From an uncultured Gammaproteobacteria bacterium (GTDB taxonomy: Bacteria > Pseudomonadota > Gammaproteobacteria > Steroidobacterales > Rariloculaceae): a stretch of DNA of 64,000 nt. A program made the position numbers and the translations under genes. The stretch lies in contig CAYLKA010000003.1 in NCBI GenBank assembly GCA_964384125.1, positions 548 to 64,547 on the forward strand. Reading direction: 5' to 3'. Below the pieces are notes generated by a model that saw nothing but the letters and a program-made list of their open reading frames with translations, was not told the DNA's origin and did not search any database. This document shows positions 10,681-20,159 of the stretch, piece by piece; the stretch's first letter is position 1; each line of letters starts with the position of its first letter.

Positions 10681-11696
10681 GGAAACTCCTCGCCTTTGCC
10701 GGCCTCTCGCTGCTGGTGACATCGGCACCGGCACTGGGCCACGATCTTCGTCCGATCTTTATCGACGTATCACAGACCTCAATCGACGCGCTCGCACTTC
10801 GCTGGAAGGTTCCATCGTCGGTGCCGCGCACACAATTGCCACAGGTCTCTCTGACGGGTGGATGTCAGCCCGAGAACGAACTCCAGGTCGTGCTTCGAGG
10901 CGATAGCTATCAGGCGGATCGCTTCTATCGGTGTGAAGCTGGCCTGACGGGTGAGGTATTGTCGCTGGAGTTTCCCGGGTCGAACCCATCATTGACAACC
11001 GTCGTTCGAGTGCAGACTCACGACGGGCTGCTCCTATCTGGCCTATTACCTCCCGGTGAGTTGGCTTGGCAGATACCGGAGGCACCCGAACGATGGGAAG
11101 TAGCCTACAACTACACCGAGCTCGGCTTGGAGCACATATGGCTGGGCTGGGACCATCTGATGTTCGTAGCCTTGCTGGTGTTAATCGCGCGGACGGGCCG
11201 ACGAACCCTCATCACAGTGACCGGCTTTACGCTGGCGCACTCGCTAACGCTGGCCCTGTCCACATTAGATTTAATCGCCCTACCGATTCTCGCGGTAGAA
11301 GCCGTGATCGCCTTGAGCATCGTCTTCGTCGCAACCGAGATTGCGCGGGCTGATGAAACGACACTGACGTACCGCTATCCAGTTCTGGTTGCCAGCTCCT
11401 TCGGGCTACTCCACGGGTTTGGATTCGCTAGCGTGCTTCGAGAAGTGGGCCTGCCGCCTACGGAACTACCGACAGCATTGCTGTTTTTCAACATTGGCGT
11501 GGAAATCGGCCAAGTCCTCTTCGTAATGATTATTTTCGGGATCGCCGCAGCCGTCCGCTCAACTGGTCGGCGGGCGGAATCCCGCCTGGGCTGGTACAGC
11601 TTGTCCGGTGCCAAGACAGGCACTGTAACCGCTTACACCGTCGGGGCAGTGGCCAGTTTTTGGACGATCGAACGCGTCCTTGCCTTTTGGGTTTGA
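10677..11696 (+). CDS. HupE/UreJ-family membrane protein with extra N-terminal periplasmic domain
   Basis: Signal peptide, a soluble region of about 140 aa, then six hydrophobic segments with HSLTLALS and LLHGFGFAS motifs. GTG start overlaps the upstream stop (GTGA). Confidence 0.7.
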   Translation: MRKLLAFAGLSLLVTSAPALGHDLRPIFIDVSQTSIDALALRWKVPSSVPRTQLPQVSLTGGCQPENELQVVLRGDSYQADRFYRCEAGLTGEVLSLEFPGSNPSLTTVVRVQTHDGLLLSGLLPPGELAWQIPEAPERWEVAYNYTELGLEHIWLGWDHLMFVALLVLIARTGRRTLITVTGFTLAHSLTLALSTLDLIALPILAVEAVIALSIVFVATEIARADETTLTYRYPVLVASSFGLLHGFGFASVLREVGLPPTELPTALLFFNIGVEIGQVLFVMIIFGIAAAVRSTGRRAESRLGWYSLSGAKTGTVTAYTVGAVASFWTIERVLAFWV

Positions 11697-11802
11697 ATAC
11701 CACAGAGAACTGCCACTAAGTCAGCAGCTCAATCCCACCTCGCGCCGCCAAAAGCATTACCTCGTTACCAGGAACACCGCTTCCTAAATCGTTTTGGAAG
11801 AA

Positions 11803-12726
11803 CTAGGTTTTTTCCTCAGCCGACAACGGCGGAACGGAGCGATGGTGGGCTCGATGGACTGCGAAGAAGATGCCTATGACTATCAACAGACCGCCGATGA
11901 CGTGATACGCCAATATGCGTTCTCCTAAAAAGATAATCGCAAACGTTGCGCCAAACACCGGAATCAGATTCAGGAAGACAGCGGCTCGATTCGCACCGAC
12001 CGATCGGATTGCAGCGTTCCACAGATACACCGCAAGCACCGTGGAACCTATCCCCAGATATGAAACCGCACTCAGAGTCACCGGAGTCAATTGGAATGAT
12101 CGGAAATAGCTCGCTTCAATGAGGTATAGCGGAAAAGATAGAGCGATACCGGTACATGCGATCAGGAAGACGAGAACGTCGGAGCTTGGCAGGTGAGTCG
12201 ATCGGTGCATTTCAACTGAGTAAAGGGACCAACAAATAGCCGCACCGAGCATCACCAAATCACCAATGTTGATGTCCATCTGCAAGAGCGTTCCAAGACT
12301 CGCTTGAGAAACCATGACGATGACTCCAAGAAACGCCAATACGACTCCAAGCGTCTGTAACGGAAAAAGCCGCTCACGCACGAGGAGAAATGCCGCCAAT
12401 GCGGTAAGGGCGGGTTGCGTGGCATTAATGACCGTTGCATTGATGGCGGTCGTGAAGTTGACAGCGACAACGGATAACGTGGTGCCTGCAGCCATTGTCA
12501 CGCAGATCCAATAAATGGAGCGCCGTGCCTGTGGCTTCAAAGGGAGTTCCTGACGGAGCTTGCGCGCCACGAACGGGAGCAGGACGAGCACAGCGACAAC
12601 CCAACGCCAGAAAGTTAACGCCATAGGGGGGGCAAGCTCGTGGATACCTCGCGCCACAACCAGAGCTCCTCCCCAAAGAGCCATGTTGGCCACCAGAACT
12701 ACATACGCAGCGGAGTGAGGGATCAT
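11803..12726 (-). CDS. DMT-superfamily (EamA) transporter
   Basis: 307 aa with about 10 hydrophobic segments arranged as two EamA-like halves. Confidence 0.8.
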   Translation of the reverse strand: MIPHSAAYVVLVANMALWGGALVVARGIHELAPPMALTFWRWVVAVLVLLPFVARKLRQELPLKPQARRSIYWICVTMAAGTTLSVVAVNFTTAINATVINATQPALTALAAFLLVRERLFPLQTLGVVLAFLGVIVMVSQASLGTLLQMDINIGDLVMLGAAICWSLYSVEMHRSTHLPSSDVLVFLIACTGIALSFPLYLIEASYFRSFQLTPVTLSAVSYLGIGSTVLAVYLWNAAIRSVGANRAAVFLNLIPVFGATFAIIFLGERILAYHVIGGLLIVIGIFFAVHRAHHRSVPPLSAEEKT

Positions 12727-12951
12727 GCTGAAGGCATCTTAGTACTGTACGCTACGGTTCTCCAAGTCTCCGCAACAGCGCTTGATAACTAGGCGAATCG
12801 GATCCATAGGCCGAAATGAGCGCAATTCGAACCACCGGCATAGACTGCTCAACGCACGAGTTGAAAAGCCGAGAGGGAGAGAATTTAATGAAGTTCCTGC
12901 ATTACGCTGGATTGTGTATCAAAGTGCTGAAAACACCCTAGACTAGAAACG

Positions 12952-13527
12952 ATGAAGGGAACCGACAACTTTTGGGATTTCTCAGTTAGCACATACCGTC
13001 AACCGGGTGTTGCTGAGGCCTGTTTATCTCTCCAGGACAGATTCGGCTGCGATGTCAATGTTCTCTTATATTGCTGCTGGTTCGGGTGCACACGCGGGCT
13101 CATGAACGAGCGCACATTCAACGCCGCCTTGTCCTTCTCGGAGCCCTGGGCAAACGAAGTCGTCCGTCCACTACGCACAGCGAGAACCTGGATGAAGATC
13201 GCCGGATGCGGGAACACGGACGTATCGACGGAATCATGCATGTCCCTGCGGGACGACATCAAGGCCGCAGAGTTCAAGGCGGAGCATCTTCAGCAGGACA
13301 CGCTCGAAAGACTCACGTCGACGCCACTATCTGAGGCTACGGATCCTCAGACCCAGATGGTTAATACGGCCTGCAATCTTCGGAAGTATCTAAATTATTA
13401 TGACATTCGCCTCGATGGTCCATCACTGGCGGAACTCGCACATATCGTTGCCGCAACCATCGACGACACGGATCAAAAGAAGGTCATTATCACTCTCGCC
13501 GATCGCTTTTCAGAGGAACTCAAATGA
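12952..13527 (+). CDS. TIGR02444/DUF2390-family protein
   Basis: N-terminus FWDFSVSTYRQPGVAEACLSLQDRFGCDVNVLLYCCW matches my recollection of this family. Confidence 0.55.
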   Translation: MKGTDNFWDFSVSTYRQPGVAEACLSLQDRFGCDVNVLLYCCWFGCTRGLMNERTFNAALSFSEPWANEVVRPLRTARTWMKIAGCGNTDVSTESCMSLRDDIKAAEFKAEHLQQDTLERLTSTPLSEATDPQTQMVNTACNLRKYLNYYDIRLDGPSLAELAHIVAATIDDTDQKKVIITLADRFSEELK

Positions 13528-13719
13528 GCACTTTTGATGCCAGAATATTGCGAGACGACTTCGACAACAAAGGAGATCTCTCAAAGTCCCTGTCAATGTC
13601 CAGACACTGGATAAGTCGGACGCCTCGGAGGGCACCAATCCCAAAGCTGATAAGGCGCACGTGGGTCGTGTCCAGATTATCCCAAACGTCCCAGCGACTC
13701 TAACAGTCACCCTCCCGAA

Positions 13720-14823
13720 ATGGATACCTTAGATGTCGTGGTAATCGGCGGGGGTGTCGTCGGATTAGCCATCGCGAGAACGCTCGCGCTAGCCGGACGT
13801 GAAGTCGTCCTGCTGGAGCGACATAGTCGCATCGGCGAAGAGACTTCCTCGCGTAACTCGGAGGTCATTCACGCAGGAATCTACTATCAAACAAACAGTC
13901 TTAAAGCCCTACTCTGCGTGAGCGGAAAAGAGCTGCTTTATTCCTACTGCGAAGAGAAGTCGATTCCTTACGACCGATGCGGAAAGGTAATCGTAGCCCT
14001 GACTAAGGACCAAGAGGAAACGCTCGACATCATCCGAACGAGGGCCATCGATAACGGGGTAGAGGATCTTCAGCCTATGACCGCCGCAGAGGTTTCAGAC
14101 CTGGAGCCCGCCGTTAAGTGCATCGCAGGATTGTTCTCGCCGTCTACTGGTATCGTCGACGCTCACAGCCTTATGGTTGCTCTGCGGGGCGACCTGGAGA
14201 ATGCCGGGGGCAACGTCGCGTTTCTGTCGACCTTTAGTCAGGCTTCCTTCGAAAGCGATCGCTTTCGGCTCCGTGTGGCAACTGAGGAGAGCACGACCGA
14301 GGTGGGCGCCCGGTGTCTGATCAATGCCGCAGGTCTGCAGGCGTCACGGGTCGCCCGGCGCATCGCCGCACTCGATCCCAGGCACATACCCGAGACTCGA
14401 TTCGCGAAAGGTAACTACTTCGTCTACCAAGCGCAGCATCCGTTCCAGCATCTCATCTATCCCGTACCTGAGCCGGGCGGATTAGGCATCCACGTCACTT
14501 TGGATCTAGCAGGAGGCGCACGTTTCGGTCCAAACGTCGAATGGGTGGACGAGCCGGAGTACAGTGTAAGCAGCCAGCATATGGATCGATTCTTCGACAC
14601 AATCAAGGGCTACTGGCCCAACGTGAGCCGCGACGCCCTAACGCCTGGGTACGCCGGTGTCCGGCCTAAAATAGTCGGCCCAGGTGATCCGCCCGGTGAT
14701 TTCGTCATTCAAGGGCCGGGCGACCATGGAATTCCCGGTCTGGTTAACCTCTTCGGTATCGAGTCTCCGGGGCTTACTGCCTCACTGGCCATAGCGGAAA
14801 CAGTTCGGGAAGCCCTACTCTAG
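13720..14823 (+). CDS. FAD-dependent oxidoreductase (L-2-hydroxyglutarate oxidase LhgO-like)
   Basis: Dinucleotide fold DVVVIGGGVVGLAIA, followed by ETSSRNSEVIHAGIYY. Confidence 0.75.
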   Translation: MDTLDVVVIGGGVVGLAIARTLALAGREVVLLERHSRIGEETSSRNSEVIHAGIYYQTNSLKALLCVSGKELLYSYCEEKSIPYDRCGKVIVALTKDQEETLDIIRTRAIDNGVEDLQPMTAAEVSDLEPAVKCIAGLFSPSTGIVDAHSLMVALRGDLENAGGNVAFLSTFSQASFESDRFRLRVATEESTTEVGARCLINAAGLQASRVARRIAALDPRHIPETRFAKGNYFVYQAQHPFQHLIYPVPEPGGLGIHVTLDLAGGARFGPNVEWVDEPEYSVSSQHMDRFFDTIKGYWPNVSRDALTPGYAGVRPKIVGPGDPPGDFVIQGPGDHGIPGLVNLFGIESPGLTASLAIAETVREALL

Positions 14824-14830
14824 ACTACGG

Positions 14831-15676
14831 ATGCATGAATTGGAGCCGACACCGGGAAAATTAGAGCAACTCGCGCCTGGGGTTCACAGACTACTCGCCC
14901 CCAATCCGGGCATGATGACCGGGCCCGGCACGAACACCTATCTGTTAGGCAAGAATGAGATCGCGGTGCTTGATCCTGGTCCCGCTATTCCCGCACACAT
15001 CGACGCGATTCAGACGCTCGCACCAGCGCCTATTCGCTGGATCCTCGTGACTCACACGCATCCCGATCATTCACCTGCAGCCCACCCGTTAGCGGCCGCG
15101 ACGGGTGCGGAGTTGCTCGGGAAACATCCGCCGGCAGGCAATCAACAGGATCAAACATTTTCACCCGACCGGGTGCTCGATGACGGCGAGCGGCTGGAAT
15201 CTGAAGAGTTCTCCGTGCGCGCGATCTATACACCGGGACACGCTTCGAACCATCTGTGTTATCTGCACGAACAGCTGCGATGGGTATTTACAGGCGACCA
15301 TGTGATGAATGGTTCGACCGTCGTGATCAACCCACCGGACGGCCACATGGGCGATTACCTTGAATCACTAAACCGGGTGAAGGCATTGGCTCCATCTAGA
15401 CTCGCGCCAGGGCACGGAGCCTTACTTCAAGATCCCTCTGCAACACTTGATTGGATCATCGGACATCGTCTTGAGCGCGAAGCGAAAGTCGTGACCGTCC
15501 TAACCTCCAGCGGTGGCGAACCTCTCAACGAGTTGGTTAAAAAGGTTTACGACGACGTGGACACCCGCCTACACGGGTTGGCAGAGCGTTCACTGCTGGC
15601 CCATCTGATCAAACTGCGAGAAGATAGTCGTGCCCGGGAAGAAGATCGCGCTTGGTATCTCATAACGGAGCCTTGA
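14831..15676 (+). CDS. MBL-fold metallo-hydrolase
   Basis: HxHxDH motif (THTHPDHS), then later TPGHASNH and GDHV. Confidence 0.8.
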   Translation: MHELEPTPGKLEQLAPGVHRLLAPNPGMMTGPGTNTYLLGKNEIAVLDPGPAIPAHIDAIQTLAPAPIRWILVTHTHPDHSPAAHPLAAATGAELLGKHPPAGNQQDQTFSPDRVLDDGERLESEEFSVRAIYTPGHASNHLCYLHEQLRWVFTGDHVMNGSTVVINPPDGHMGDYLESLNRVKALAPSRLAPGHGALLQDPSATLDWIIGHRLEREAKVVTVLTSSGGEPLNELVKKVYDDVDTRLHGLAERSLLAHLIKLREDSRAREEDRAWYLITEP

Positions 15677-15682
15677 ACAACC

Positions 15683-16909
15683 ATGAAGTATGTGCCCAAG
15701 CATCTGGGGTATCTTGTTCCGCTGGTCTCATTGACCACACTGGTTAACGCTCAGACCGATGAGGCGCTACACGCCCGCGCTGAGGCCATCCATGCCCAAG
15801 TCATCACCATCGACAGCCACGACGACATTCCTTTTGACTTCGCCACCGAAGCTGTCGATCCACTAGACGCCTCCCGGCAAGTGAATCTAGAGAAGATGGC
15901 CTCCGGCGGTCTCGATGCGGGATTCTTTATTGTTTATGTTGGCCAAACAGAACGCACACCGGAGAACTACGAGCAGGCAAAAACCGATGCGATGACAAAG
16001 TTCAACGCGATTCATCGAATGTCAGAGATGTATCCAGAGCTCATAGAAATCGCCCATTCGGCGGATGACGTCGAACGCATTCACGACTCTGGAAAACTTG
16101 TCGCGGCCATCGGTATCGAGAACGGCTATGTGATCGGCACCGATATCTCACTGCTCAGCCAATACCACGATCTGGGCGCCCGGTACGTCACCCTCGCCCA
16201 CAGTGGCCATAACGACATCTCAGACTCCGCTCAGCCACGCCCCGAACTCGGCGATGAAGAATCGGAACACAACGGCATAAGCGAATTCGGAGAACAGGTG
16301 ATCGCCGAGATGAACCGAGTCGGAATCATGGTTGACGTCTCTCACATCTCCAAGCAGGCAGCACTCGATGCCATTCGCCTGTCTACCGCACCAGTGATCG
16401 CATCGCACTCAAATGCACGGGCGCTTACCGACCACTACCGCAATATGGATGACGAGACGCTCTTGGCTCTCGGGGAAAGCGGCGGGGTCATGCAGGCAAC
16501 CGCTCTCGCCGCCTTTCTCAAAAGGTTGAATCCTGAACAACGGGAACAGACGAGTGAAATCTTGAATGACTACGGCATTGAACGTCTCAGCGCATGGTGG
16601 GACCTTACGGAACAACAGCGCGAGGAGATTGAGCTACGACTGTCCGAGATCGGCTACGCTAACGTCAGCGACTTCATCGACCATGTGGACTACGCCGTCA
16701 ACTTAATTGGCATCGATCATGTCGGTCTAAGTTCCGACTTCGATGGTGGCGGCGGTATCGTGGGGTGGTTCGATGCCGGGAAGACATTAAACGTGACGTT
16801 GGAGCTCGTGCGCCGTGGCTACAACGAAGAAGAGATCCGAAAACTTTGGGGTGGCAATCTCTTGCGGGTCTGGCGTGAAGTCGAACGCATCGCCGCCGAA
16901 ACGCTCTAG
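15683..16909 (+). CDS. exported M19-family (renal-type) dipeptidase
   Basis: Signal peptide. Motifs IDSHDD, TLAHSGHND, VDVSHIS, IASHSNARAL and GLSSDFDGGGG. Confidence 0.8.
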   Translation: MKYVPKHLGYLVPLVSLTTLVNAQTDEALHARAEAIHAQVITIDSHDDIPFDFATEAVDPLDASRQVNLEKMASGGLDAGFFIVYVGQTERTPENYEQAKTDAMTKFNAIHRMSEMYPELIEIAHSADDVERIHDSGKLVAAIGIENGYVIGTDISLLSQYHDLGARYVTLAHSGHNDISDSAQPRPELGDEESEHNGISEFGEQVIAEMNRVGIMVDVSHISKQAALDAIRLSTAPVIASHSNARALTDHYRNMDDETLLALGESGGVMQATALAAFLKRLNPEQREQTSEILNDYGIERLSAWWDLTEQQREEIELRLSEIGYANVSDFIDHVDYAVNLIGIDHVGLSSDFDGGGGIVGWFDAGKTLNVTLELVRRGYNEEEIRKLWGGNLLRVWREVERIAAETL

Positions 16910-16962
16910 CGGGCAGCCCCCTTTAGAGCCTGACTGCTTTCAAAGACTGGGGCTTCGACGGT

Positions 16963-19047
16963 CTAGAGGTCGGCGAACCTACCACCACTGGTGCCTAACT
17001 CTTCCAGCAGCTTCGGCACTTCCCAGTACATCGAGCCGAATCGATCCCGAAAACGGGAAACGGTCTCGTACACGCGATTGACACCGACCGCATCGGCATA
17101 GTGCATCGGTCCGCCACGGTACCGTGGGAATCCATATCCATTGATCCATACGACGTCGATGTCACTGGCTCGAGGTGAGATCCCCTCCTCCAGGATCCGC
17201 GCGCCCTCGACGACCAACGCATAAATACAGCGCTCGACAATCTCATCAGCACCAATCTCTCGCTGTGCTACGCCCAACGCGCCAGCCTCACGAGCTATCA
17301 GTGATCGCACCTCAGGATCTGGAATAGGCTTTCGGGAACCAGGTTCGTACAGGTACATTCCCTTACCGGTTTTCTGTCCAAAACGACCCGATTCAGCCAA
17401 TAGATTCGCGATCCGATAGAAACGGGGGTCCTCAGGCAAATCCGCGCGTTCCTGACGGACTTTGTAGCCCACATCGAGCCCGGCGAGATCACCCACCGCA
17501 TGGGGGCCCATCGCCATGCCCCAGTCCCGAAGCACTTTATCGATCTGCTCCGGCGCAGCACCTTCCAGCAAGAGAAGTTGGCTCTCACGACCGTAACCGT
17601 AGAGCATACGATTCCCCACGAAACCGAAGCAGTTACCGACGACTGCACCGATCTTTCTCAACCGTTTCGCAAGAGCGAGCGAAGTGGCGATCACCGCATC
17701 TGCCGTTTCCGCCCCACGCACAATTTCCAACAGCGGCATCAAATGAGCGGGACTGAAAAAATGAAGACCGACAACATCCCTCGGCCGCTGCGTGGCCCCC
17801 GCAATTCTATCTACATCGAGTGTTGACGTGTTCGTTGCGAGAATTGCGCCGGGCCGACATACTTCGTCAAGCCTGGCGAACACTTCCTCTTTTATCGCCA
17901 TGTTCTCGAACACCGCCTCGATCACCAGATCCAAATCCGCAACGGCATCGTAGTCCTGAGTGGTTGTCAGACGAGCTAGTCCTTCCGACATATTGGACTC
18001 GGTCACCCGCCCGCGGGAAACGCCGTGTTCGTAGAGACTCGTAATGGTCTCACGGCCCCGAGCAAGTCCCGCGGTGTCGTTGTCCAACAGTGCGACTTCG
18101 AGACCAGCACCCAAACAGCTATAGGCAATCCCTGCACCCATCGTGCCAGCCCCAATCACCGCCACGCTCGCGACATCCCGGGGCAAGGCATCCTGGGAAA
18201 TTCCAGGCACTTTGGCGACGGCCCGCTCGGAGAAGAAAACATGCCGCAGCGCATTGGACTGGGATGATGCTTTGCACTCGGCGAAAAACGCCCGTTCTTG
18301 AGCAGCCGCGTCATCGAATGGAATCTCGATCGATGCCTTCACGCTTTGGATGATCTTCTCCGGGGACATCAGTCCACGGGTACTGCGCTCACTCTTCTTT
18401 CTATACTCATCGAAAAACTCGGGTGAAACTGGCGCAACCTCGAGATCGCGAACTCGCCTGACGCCCCGCCCCTGGGCAACCAGATCGGTTGTATATGCGA
18501 TGGCCCCCATCAGAAGGTCCTCGCCCTCAATCAGCTGGTCAACAATCCCAGCTGCGTCCGCAGCCACCGCACTAATCGGCTTACCGGTAACCATCATGTC
18601 TAGAGCTTGCTCCGCGCCGATGAGGCGCGGTAACCGTTGGGTTCCGGCAGCGCCGGGCAGGAGCCCGAGGGTAACTTCTGGCAAACCGACTCGGGCGCTG
18701 GGCAAAGCCACCCGATAATGACATCCCATGCTCAGCTCGAACCCACCCCCCAGCGCCGTACCGTGTAGCGCTGCAACCACTGGCTTATCGCTGGCTTCCA
18801 CACGGGCAATCACTTCGGAGAGATGTGGCGGTTTCGGCGGGCTATCGAACTCCCGGATATCAGCTCCCGCGCAAAAAGTGCGTCCCGCACAGATGAGTAC
18901 GGCGGCCTTCGCGTCGCTATTACCATCAACCTCCTCCATCACAGCCACGATGCCCGAACGAACGGATTGCGATAGAGCGTTTACTGGTGGGTTATCGATC
19001 GTAATGATCGCTAGACCACTTTGGAACTCGACTTTGACTACGCTCAT
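16963..19047 (-). CDS. fused enoyl-CoA hydratase / 3-hydroxyacyl-CoA dehydrogenase (FadB/FadJ-like)
   Basis: 694 aa. N-terminal crotonase fold (FCAGADIREF, ALGGGFELSMGCH) and central NAD fold (VAVIGAGTMGAGIA). Confidence 0.85.
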   Translation of the reverse strand: MSVVKVEFQSGLAIITIDNPPVNALSQSVRSGIVAVMEEVDGNSDAKAAVLICAGRTFCAGADIREFDSPPKPPHLSEVIARVEASDKPVVAALHGTALGGGFELSMGCHYRVALPSARVGLPEVTLGLLPGAAGTQRLPRLIGAEQALDMMVTGKPISAVAADAAGIVDQLIEGEDLLMGAIAYTTDLVAQGRGVRRVRDLEVAPVSPEFFDEYRKKSERSTRGLMSPEKIIQSVKASIEIPFDDAAAQERAFFAECKASSQSNALRHVFFSERAVAKVPGISQDALPRDVASVAVIGAGTMGAGIAYSCLGAGLEVALLDNDTAGLARGRETITSLYEHGVSRGRVTESNMSEGLARLTTTQDYDAVADLDLVIEAVFENMAIKEEVFARLDEVCRPGAILATNTSTLDVDRIAGATQRPRDVVGLHFFSPAHLMPLLEIVRGAETADAVIATSLALAKRLRKIGAVVGNCFGFVGNRMLYGYGRESQLLLLEGAAPEQIDKVLRDWGMAMGPHAVGDLAGLDVGYKVRQERADLPEDPRFYRIANLLAESGRFGQKTGKGMYLYEPGSRKPIPDPEVRSLIAREAGALGVAQREIGADEIVERCIYALVVEGARILEEGISPRASDIDVVWINGYGFPRYRGGPMHYADAVGVNRVYETVSRFRDRFGSMYWEVPKLLEELGTSGGRFADL

Positions 19048-19123
19048 TCGGTTTCCTTCTGAAAGATGTGTGCTGGTGCGGTCGCGAAATTAATGCGTTC
19101 GAAACTATGCCATCATAGAAACT

Positions 19124-19546
19124 ATGAAAAACGAAATCGAGATTCCCGTTGAATGGGGAGACACCGATCCCGCCACCATCGTGTTCTATCCCAATTATTT
19201 CAGATGGTTTGACATCGGTACCCGTCATCTCCTCGACGCCGCCGGTTTGCCCTACAAAAAGCTAATTTCGGAATTCGGGCTGCTCGGGTTACCTCTGGTG
19301 GAGGCGAACGGCAAGTTCTTAAATCCGATACGTTTCGGTGACACCGTCCGCCTCGTTAGCTTCGTCTCCTCATGGCAGCGCATGACGGTCCAGATCGGCC
19401 ATCGAGCCGAGGTAAACGGCAAGTGCTGCGGGGAAGGTCTCGAGACGCGAGTTTTGGCAAAACAGCCCACTCCGGGCACGATAAAGGCCGTGCCGCCACC
19501 CGAAAGGATCCTCCAAGCCCTCCCCGTCTACGCTCAGACGGAATGA
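19124..19546 (+). CDS. 4HBT/YbgC-type acyl-CoA thioesterase
   Basis: 140 aa. N-terminal VEWGDTDPATIVFYPNYFRWFD is typical of hotdog-fold thioesterases. Confidence 0.7.
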   Translation: MKNEIEIPVEWGDTDPATIVFYPNYFRWFDIGTRHLLDAAGLPYKKLISEFGLLGLPLVEANGKFLNPIRFGDTVRLVSFVSSWQRMTVQIGHRAEVNGKCCGEGLETRVLAKQPTPGTIKAVPPPERILQALPVYAQTE

Positions 19547-19684
19547 TCGCAAATCTGAACGATAAAACGACGGTCATACCATGTTGGGTTCCTGTGAGCC
19601 CACACCACTCGCTCACCACCTCCAGCAATGTGTGATGGGTCGGGACCGCCACGGAATGTTCGTGACCGTTGCCTAATCATATCT

Positions 19685-20155
19685 TTACTCCGACGGCGTG
19701 AAGTCAATCGCCCCTTCGGGCAGAAGATAAAGGACGATCACACGCCCACCGGTCACCGTTGGGGAATGAGCGGAGCCGGGTCCGTAGACGACCCATCCTT
19801 TACCATGCCCGTCGAATTCCCCGTCATCGTTTTCGGGAATGACCATGTCAATTTCCCCATTCGGATGGCGGTGGCGGGGACCAACAATGTCCTCCATCTC
19901 AACCACATCGACGGAGAACCCGTGGGTTTCTGGTCCGGGCCTAATAACTCGCCCAAACCTAATACCACCACGCTCGCGGTTGCATATCCAGCCCTCATCG
20001 ACGCCCTGCCGACAAAGTGACGCCAAAGACTCAAAGGTCTCACCATCGGCGGGAAAGGCTGCCTCAAGCTCATCTGCCAGTTCCGGAGCGATCGCCATTC
20101 CCGCAACGCTTTCGACAACGGAAGTGACGAGTGCTTCAAACTTCGCTTGTGTCAT
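19685..20155 (-). CDS. DUF4863 / 4-hydroxylaminobenzoate lyase (PnbB)-like protein
   Basis: 156 aa. GIRFGRV, HGFSVDVVEM, GPRHRHPNGEIDMV and LYLLPEGAI resemble that family from recall. It starts 4 nt after the boxB stop. Confidence 0.55.
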   Translation of the reverse strand: MTQAKFEALVTSVVESVAGMAIAPELADELEAAFPADGETFESLASLCRQGVDEGWICNRERGGIRFGRVIRPGPETHGFSVDVVEMEDIVGPRHRHPNGEIDMVIPENDDGEFDGHGKGWVVYGPGSAHSPTVTGGRVIVLYLLPEGAIDFTPSE

Positions 20156-20159
20156 GAGC

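Noticed and set aside
12888-12941. 17-codon mini-ORF (MKFLHYAGLCIKVLKTP) with a strong GGGAGAG SD, just upstream of the DUF2390 gene. It could be a leader peptide.
   Set aside because: No attenuator-like alternative hairpins were visible, and there are no runs of a regulatory codon. It is too short to evaluate without comparative data.
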